Made by a program: the position numbers and the translations under genes. 32,000 bases of DNA from Saccharolobus sp. E5-1-F (GTDB taxonomy: Archaea; Thermoproteota; Thermoprotei_A; Sulfolobales; Sulfolobaceae): the NCBI RefSeq assembly GCF_009601705.1, contig NZ_CP045687.1, positions 2,469,320 to 2,501,319 of the forward strand. Reading direction: 5' to 3'. Shown here piece by piece: positions 26,298-32,000 of this stretch (positions are counted from its first letter, which is position 1; every line of letters starts with the position of its first letter). The notes under the pieces are model-generated. The model saw only the letters and a program-made list of their open reading frames with translations, made no database searches and was not told where the DNA came from.

Positions 26298-27212
26298 ATG
26301 GAAAAGAAGATATTAGGATGGACGAACGAGAAGATATCCCCATTAATTTTAGGTTCCTGGGAATTTGGCACACCTTCAATAATTGATGAGACCAATGCTA
26401 TGAAAACTATTCAAAAGGCAATAGAGGTAGGAGTCAACGCCATAGACACTGCAGAATCTTATGGAAATGGTCTTTCAGAAACAATTATTGGAAAAGCCAT
26501 AAGCAAATTCAAGAGGGAAGATTTATTCATAATAACTAAAGTATCAATAGACCACCTAAGATATGATGATGTTTTAAGAGCTTGTGAGGGAAGTTTAAGA
26601 AGACTTAATACTTCATACATAGACCTATACCTTGTCCATTGGCCTAATCATTACGTTCCAATAAGGGAAACCGCTAAGGCAATGGAGAGACTATTCAGCG
26701 AAGGGAAAATTAGATATATTGGCCTAAGCAACTTTTCCCTTCCCCTATTGAGAGAATTTAGGGAACATCTATCTAAGACGGACGTTGCAGCAAATGAATT
26801 ACACTATAACGTTTTATTCAGAGATGTTGAAAAGGAGGTTCTGCCTTACATGTTAAAGGAAAATATTCCCTTGTTAGCATATGACGCTTTAGGACTGGGT
26901 TATCTGATAGGGAGAAAAGAGATCAGAAATGAGTATAAATGGTACGTTCTCGCTAGGGAAGCTTACGTTAAAAACTTAGAACCACTTGTGGAGGAAATAT
27001 TTTCAATTGCTAAGGAATTAGGCAAAACTTCCGCTCAAGTAGTTCTAAATTGGTTAGTCAGTAAGGATAACGTATTTGCAATTTTCAATACTACCAAAGA
27101 AGATCACCTTAAGGAGAATTTAGGTAGCCTAGGATGGTCATTAAGAGATAGTGACTTGAGGAGATTAGATGAAGCAGTAAAGAAAGTCGTAATAGATTAT
27201 TTTGCAAGGTAA
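26298..27212 (+). CDS. Aldo/keto reductase
   Basis: 304-aa ORF with LGSWEFG, IDTAESYGNG, LYLVHWPN and IGLSNF motifs of the AKR superfamily. Confidence 0.88.
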   Translation: MEKKILGWTNEKISPLILGSWEFGTPSIIDETNAMKTIQKAIEVGVNAIDTAESYGNGLSETIIGKAISKFKREDLFIITKVSIDHLRYDDVLRACEGSLRRLNTSYIDLYLVHWPNHYVPIRETAKAMERLFSEGKIRYIGLSNFSLPLLREFREHLSKTDVAANELHYNVLFRDVEKEVLPYMLKENIPLLAYDALGLGYLIGRKEIRNEYKWYVLAREAYVKNLEPLVEEIFSIAKELGKTSAQVVLNWLVSKDNVFAIFNTTKEDHLKENLGSLGWSLRDSDLRRLDEAVKKVVIDYFAR

Positions 27213-27268
27213 TTCAAACCTTTTTATTTGACATATTACTTTTTTATCTTATATTACTCGAATAGTTT

Positions 27269-27694
27269 ATGGGTAGTCTATTTGAAAAAGATCCAGAATT
27301 AAAGAGACTCTATGAGAAAGGGCTTGAAGTTAGGAAAAAAGTCATGGGAAAAGAATACGTGGAAAAATCGCTAAGTCAAGCTACAGACTTCAATAGGGAA
27401 CTTCAAGAAATGGTGACAATTTTCGCGTGGGGTTTAATATGGACTAGAGACGATGTCATCCCAAGGAAGATAAGAAGTTTAATAAACATTGGAATATTAA
27501 GCGCTCTAAATAGGCAAAACGAACTTAAATTGCATGTTAAGGGTGCCATAAGAAACGGTTGTACTGAGGAGGAAATAAAGGAAGTATTATTACACGTTGG
27601 AGTGTATTGTGGTCTACCTGCAGCCATGGAGAGCTTTAGAATAGCACAAGAGGCTATTAAGGAGCTTAGGGAAGAGGAAAAAAAGAAAGAATAA
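27269..27694 (+). CDS. Carboxymuconolactone decarboxylase (CMD/AhpD-like) family protein
   Basis: 141-aa ORF. EIKEVLLHVGVYCGLPAAMESF is typical of the gamma-CMD (PcaC-like) family. Confidence 0.8.
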   Translation: MGSLFEKDPELKRLYEKGLEVRKKVMGKEYVEKSLSQATDFNRELQEMVTIFAWGLIWTRDDVIPRKIRSLINIGILSALNRQNELKLHVKGAIRNGCTEEEIKEVLLHVGVYCGLPAAMESFRIAQEAIKELREEEKKKE

Positions 27695-27736
27695 AACATA
27701 AAGACAGTTAAAAAGAAAGTAGAGGTTTGGGTTAGT

Positions 27737-28156
27737 ATGGATCTAACAATTAGAAAAAATGGCACTATTCCTTTTACTAAAGGTGATCCAAGATTTTTCA
27801 CTGGGAATGTAATAATTGAACAAGTGCATGATTCAGAAGAACCGTCTAGAGTTACTTCCGCTATTGTAACATTTGAGCCAGGTGCGAGAACAAATTGGCA
27901 CTATCATCCATTAGGACAGTTATTAATAGTTATCTACGGAACGGGGTTAATTCAAACTTGGGGTAACCCTCCTAGAAAAATAAAGGCAGGAGATGTCATA
28001 TGGACTCCGCCTAATGTAAAACATTGGCATGGTGCTACGGCAACGACTGGAATGACTCATATAGCTATACAAGAGAAACTGAACGGTAAGACAGCGGAAT
28101 GGCTTGAAAAAGTCAGTGATAAGGAGTACGAAGAAGCACAGTCTGCTTCTGAGTGA
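27737..28156 (+). CDS. Cupin domain protein
   Basis: 139-aa ORF with cupin motifs GARTNWHYHPLGQLLIV and GDVIWTPPNVKHWHGA. Confidence 0.8.
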   Translation: MDLTIRKNGTIPFTKGDPRFFTGNVIIEQVHDSEEPSRVTSAIVTFEPGARTNWHYHPLGQLLIVIYGTGLIQTWGNPPRKIKAGDVIWTPPNVKHWHGATATTGMTHIAIQEKLNGKTAEWLEKVSDKEYEEAQSASE

Positions 28157-28382
28157 AAACTATTTATTTGACGCATTCTTCATTAATTAAAAGTTAGCTG
28201 CCAAACTTTTTATAATATAAAAGTTTATATTTTAAGAGAGAGATATGTTAAATCTGGAGGTGAGTTAAAAGACGTATGATGTAGTATTAACTTCTGATAG
28301 GGGTACATTTACGGATTATGGTGGGATAGCTCCATTAGGTTATGTAGCTTGTTTACCTTATAGATTAGTTCCGAGATTTTTC

Positions 28383-29873
28383 ATGGATAAGATATTCACG
28401 CCTCCAATCCCTACAGATAAAGAGGGTAAAGCCATAGTAGCACCTTATCCTCTTAGGAAAGTTGAAGCTGTTTTGGCGAGAAGTGGATTTAACGTAATAG
28501 TTACAACTCCAGAAAAACTAGAGAAGGTTGTAACTAGTAAGGGAACTAAGGTAATTGGTATTAATGTTCATGACCCGAGAGGTATAGAACCAGTTAGTGC
28601 TAAATTGAGCATGATTTTTGGAGGAGGAGAGACGTGGACTGCTAAATTCTTTGACGAATTAGGTGAAATAGTAAGCAGGTTAAAGGAAAAATATCATCTT
28701 AAAGTTGTAATAGGAGGTGCAGGTTCTTGGCAATTTGAAAAAGATCCTCCAAGTTGGGCAGATGTAATATTTTTGGGACATGCTGAAGTCGACTTCCCAG
28801 AAGTGGTTAAGAGATTAGAGGAAGGAGAAGCATTACCCAAGATAATAAGGGGAAAATACCCTAGGAAATTGGAGGATATTCCACCAATTATTAGCCCAGC
28901 TAGAGGTGGTGAAGTTCAAATTACTAGGGGATGTCCTAGAGGCTGTTGGTTCTGTTCAGTAACTCCGGATACATTCATTTCTTTCCCAATAGACTACATA
29001 ATGAAAGAGGTACAAGTTAATATGAAAGCTGGAATTAAGGATGTTAGTCTAATAACTGATGACATGTTACTATATGGAACTAAAAGGCTTAATGAGGTTA
29101 ATCATGATGCCATAATAAGGTTATACACTGAGTTGAAGAGAGCTGGAGTGGACTATATAAATTTTGCCCATATTTCCGCCGCACCAGTCAAGTTAAGTCC
29201 TAAGACTGTTAAGGCTATGAGTGAGATAGCTGAATGGAATGAGGAAAGGGCTGTTTCTCCAGTGGTAGGACTTGAGACTGGAAGTGAAAAAATATTTAAT
29301 AAGTATATGAAAATGAAGGCATTTCCATGGAACTACACTCATTGGAAGGATTTAATAGTCGAAGCAACTGCAATAATGAACGAAAGTTACATCTTCCCTT
29401 GTTATACGATGACAATAGGATATCCAGAAGAGACTGACAAAGACGTAGAGGATTCAATAAAGTTAGTAGAATACATCATAGATCATGAACCAATTGCATG
29501 GATATTCCCATTGCCAGTTATACCAATGGGATTATCTAAAATTAGGGATAATCCTTTACCTGCATTAGAGAGATTACCATCTAGATATTGGGATTTGTTA
29601 TATCTCTCATGGAAATATGATTTGAAGATTACTAGAAGACTTGGAAATGCAATAGCGTATACTAGTAAGAATCCATTCATAAGATCAATTGTAACGTATA
29701 TGATCGATAAAGTGTTTAACACTATAGAGTGGTATTTTGAAAGACTTAAGGAAACTAAAGGAAAGTCAGCCTTAGAGTATAAAGACCTAAATCTAGATAC
29801 TACTTATGGCGTTATTTGGTCAATATTTCAACTATTCAAACTAGCTTTCTCTTCTTCCTCACTAAGTAAGTGA
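28383..29873 (+). CDS. Radical SAM protein (large archaeal type with an N-terminal Rossmann/B12-binding-like domain). The 5' end is problematic.
   Basis: The CX3CX2C motif is ITRGCPRGCWFCSV. The frame is open and protein-like for 38 codons upstream of ATG 28383 (KTYDVVLTSDRGTFTDYGGIAPLGYVACLPYRLVPRFF), with no start codon. Before that come an in-frame TAA (28266-28268) and ATG 28245. Confidence 0.8.
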   Translation: MDKIFTPPIPTDKEGKAIVAPYPLRKVEAVLARSGFNVIVTTPEKLEKVVTSKGTKVIGINVHDPRGIEPVSAKLSMIFGGGETWTAKFFDELGEIVSRLKEKYHLKVVIGGAGSWQFEKDPPSWADVIFLGHAEVDFPEVVKRLEEGEALPKIIRGKYPRKLEDIPPIISPARGGEVQITRGCPRGCWFCSVTPDTFISFPIDYIMKEVQVNMKAGIKDVSLITDDMLLYGTKRLNEVNHDAIIRLYTELKRAGVDYINFAHISAAPVKLSPKTVKAMSEIAEWNEERAVSPVVGLETGSEKIFNKYMKMKAFPWNYTHWKDLIVEATAIMNESYIFPCYTMTIGYPEETDKDVEDSIKLVEYIIDHEPIAWIFPLPVIPMGLSKIRDNPLPALERLPSRYWDLLYLSWKYDLKITRRLGNAIAYTSKNPFIRSIVTYMIDKVFNTIEWYFERLKETKGKSALEYKDLNLDTTYGVIWSIFQLFKLAFSSSSLSK

Positions 29874-29917
29874 ATGATTCGGGAAAAAATAATTTCAACT
29901 TTTAGTATAGATTTTTT

Positions 29918-30499
29918 CTAGAACTGCTTTGTTTTCAGAATTTGACTTAATCCTAATAATATAAGATAAGCACCAAGCAATCCGATAGAACTAACAAACA
30001 TCTCTGAAAATATTTCAATCGGTTCACTATGTGCAATACCAATTATAAACGCAACTAAAACCCACGTTAAAATCAATGTTCCTCCCCTCTTCATGGTTCT
30101 ATTATTATAGATATTACTGGCCCCTAGGTATCCTAGTCCTATTAAAAATACTCCCGCCAGTGACACCAAATCTCCACCTATCACAATTCTACCAGCTATA
30201 GGGATAACACCTTGTTGTGACTTAATTAGGATAAGAGCTATTAAGCCAGCTAAGACTAATATGTAGCCTACTACTGCAATAGTACCTCCAAGCGTTCCTT
30301 TATTTAACCGCTTTCCAGAAGTGGTCAGTAATTTAAATCCCTCTCTTATTCTTAATAAAGAGAGTATAAATATGGGCAATAAAACTGCCTCAGTAATTAA
30401 GGCAATCTCCGCGTAAACCCCTGAACGGGCTAGCATGCTATTAATTGTTAGAGGTAAATGAAACACTGAGATTAATATTAGGAAAATTACAGCTGACAT
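29918..30499 (-). CDS. Hypothetical polytopic membrane protein
   Basis: 193-aa ORF with 5-6 Gly/Ile/Leu-rich hydrophobic segments. No family was recognised. Confidence 0.5.
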   Translation of the reverse strand: MSAVIFLILISVFHLPLTINSMLARSGVYAEIALITEAVLLPIFILSLLRIREGFKLLTTSGKRLNKGTLGGTIAVVGYILVLAGLIALILIKSQQGVIPIAGRIVIGGDLVSLAGVFLIGLGYLGASNIYNNRTMKRGGTLILTWVLVAFIIGIAHSEPIEIFSEMFVSSIGLLGAYLILLGLSQILKTKQF

Positions 30500-30791
30500 T
30501 AGAATGTCTAGGATGGAATAAATTAAGAAATAGTTAGCTCCTTTCCTAATATCTTCTAATCCTACTTTCTCGGTATTTTATTGTGGCATAATAAAGTTAG
30601 TTTTTCTATATAAAAAACTTTTCTATTATGCTTTTTTAATTAATTGCTATAATAAGAAATTAATGACGCGGTTTTTAGGAACTCACCTATTATTGGAAAA
30701 AGGCATACCAGACCAGAGCTTTAATGGATGCTTAAAAAATTGAAACTAATTAGAGAAAAAGGTATTTAATTAGCTAATTTAATAGTAACAT

Positions 30792-31595
30792 ATGAGTTCG
30801 TGTGAGATCTTTCCATTAATTTCAAAGTTAAGTGCCGAAGGGAAGCGCTTTGCAATAGTTTCAATTTATAAGGGAAATAGACTAGAGAGAACTTTAGTAT
30901 CAGATGGAAAAGTACTCCTTGGAAGTCTAGATAAAGAAGTAATTGGACTTGCAATGGAAGCATTGGAAAAGGGTGAAGTTATTCAAAAGGATATAGAAGG
31001 TGGAAAATTAGTCATTGAACCGATAGAACCTAGACCGGGTATTATCGTAGTGGGATCTGGTATTATTGCTAAGTTTATAGCCAAATTAGCTGTAGATATG
31101 GGTTATTACGTTGCAGTAGTGGGTTCTGGAGACGTTAAGGAAGAGGACTTCCCTGGAGTTTACGCCATCTCAAATGATCTCAGCCTACTAGAACAAATGG
31201 TAGACGAGGATTCAATTGTAATTGTAGCAAATGAGGGAGGTAAACCGTATGATATAGATGCATTATATATTGCAATGAAAAACAAGGCTAGATTTGTGGG
31301 ACTATTAGCTAGTCAAAAGAGAGCAGCTTTAATGATTTCACTACTAATGAAGAGAAATATTCCATTAGAGGAAATTAAGAAAAAACTACACTCTCCACTA
31401 GGTTTAGATATTGGTTCAAAGACTTCAGAGGAGATAGCTTTGAGCATATTATCTGAGGTGGTTATGGAACTTAGGGGAGGTACGGGGAAAAGATTACAAG
31501 AAGTGAAGAATCCTTATCTTCTACTAGACGATGCTTTAGCTGGAAAGATTGAGGATAAATGTATGTTTGTACCTAAGTCTTTAAGTCAACAGTGA
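30792..31595 (+). CDS. XdhC/CoxI family Mo-cofactor insertion accessory protein
   Basis: 267-aa ORF with an N-terminal XdhC_CoxI-like segment ([11 protein letters not shown]...) and a Rossmann-like [17 protein letters not shown] domain, followed by [19 protein letters not shown]. Confidence 0.75.
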   Translation: MSSCEIFPLISKLSAEGKRFAIVSIYKGNRLERTLVSDGKVLLGSLDKEVIGLAMEALEKGEVIQKDIEGGKLVIEPIEPRPGIIVVGSGIIAKFIAKLAVDMGYYVAVVGSGDVKEEDFPGVYAISNDLSLLEQMVDEDSIVIVANEGGKPYDIDALYIAMKNKARFVGLLASQKRAALMISLLMKRNIPLEEIKKKLHSPLGLDIGSKTSEEIALSILSEVVMELRGGTGKRLQEVKNPYLLLDDALAGKIEDKCMFVPKSLSQQ

Positions 31596-31626
31596 ATATA
31601 TTAACAATCAATTCCTTTTTTAACAC

Positions 31627-32000
31627 ATGAAAGCAGCAATTCTTACACAGTTTAATTCGCCTTTTATCATAGGGAATGCTGAGCCTAAAGGTGTAGGAGT
31701 TAAAGTAAATGTAGCGTATACTGGAATATGTGGAAGAGATTTAGTTATATGGAAGGGCGGATTTAAAAACCTCAAATTACCCTTAATCTTAGGACATGAA
31801 ATAGTAGGCTACTATAAGGGAAAACCAGTTGCAGTTTATCCAAACTTAAATTGTGGAAGCTGTGAGTACTGCAAAAGCGGGAAGGAGAATCTGTGTGATA
31901 ATGCTAGAATTTTGGGAGAAGGGGAGATAACTGGAGGATACGCTGAGGAGATTATTGTTCCGGAAAGGAACATTATACCCTTACCAGATGATAAACTTGA
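31627..32000 (+). CDS. Zinc-dependent alcohol dehydrogenase (MDR family). The 3' end runs off the window.
   Basis: Hand translation from ATG 31627 gives MKAAILTQFNSPF...GICGRDL...LILGHEIVG...CGSCEYCKSGKENLC. These are the catalytic and structural zinc motifs. The frame stays open to the window end. Confidence 0.85.
   Translation, partial: MKAAILTQFNSPFIIGNAEPKGVGVKVNVAYTGICGRDLVIWKGGFKNLKLPLILGHEIVGYYKGKPVAVYPNLNCGSCEYCKSGKENLCDNARILGEGEITGGYAEEIIVPERNIIPLPDDKL

Noticed and set aside
27403-27801. Track ORF 27403-27801(-), 132 aa
   Set aside because: It is antisense across the CMD gene and the cupin gene start. It is Ser/Phe/Leu-rich low complexity, while both sense genes have strong family motifs.
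28275-28298. ATGATGT, 11 nt, CTGA upstream of the radical SAM ATG
   Set aside because: It lies within an in-frame, protein-like stretch (YDVVLTSDR). No C' or second D box follows.
29483-30963. Track ORFs 29483-29722(-) and 30766-30963(-)
   Set aside because: They are antisense to the radical SAM gene and to the 5' end of xdhC respectively, with no supporting signals.

Overview
This window looks like an AT-rich crenarchaeal chromosome segment of the Sulfolobaceae type. The evidence is TATA-like boxes about 26 nt upstream of many start codons (leaderless mRNAs), GGTGA-type Shine-Dalgarno motifs at internal operon genes, 4-nt ATGA/GTGA overlaps between genes, and a DUF929-like protein.

Gene content falls into four blocks:
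- 1-10769: a catabolic island. It holds a partial Mo-hydroxylase large subunit, an FAH-family hydrolase, an MBL-fold hydrolase, a two-cysteine maleate-isomerase/racemase-family protein, an MHS-type MFS transporter, and a translationally coupled Rieske-HyuA-HyuB module.
- 11955-21373: a sulfur block. Divergent sat-orf101-tauE and cysH(APS-reductase type)-sir-SUMT operons are followed by rhodanese/TusA-like, an SQR-like flavoprotein, a Rieske ferredoxin and an MBL-fold protein.
- 21601-26202: an envelope block. It holds a thioredoxin-like CPYC protein, polytopic membrane proteins and a Ser/Thr-rich secreted glycoprotein.
- 26298-32000: redox and detoxification genes, namely AKR, CMD, cupin, radical SAM, XdhC and a partial Zn-ADH.

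I recognised no rRNA, tRNA, CRISPR array or transposase.

The most notable observations are:
- A candidate dual-guide C/D-box sRNA whose two guides appear complementary to neighbouring sites in 16S rRNA.
- A near-identical palindromic operator placed directly upstream of the TATA boxes of two sulfur-assimilation promoters. An RHH-like small ORF inside the sat operon is a candidate regulator.
- Four genes interrupted by in-frame stops or a -1 frame change. In each case the promoter or protein logic supports the longer reading frame.
- An unusual Rieske-HyuAB coupling.
- A 1.05-kb ORF-free gap.

All functional calls rest on motif recognition by eye. No database search was possible.
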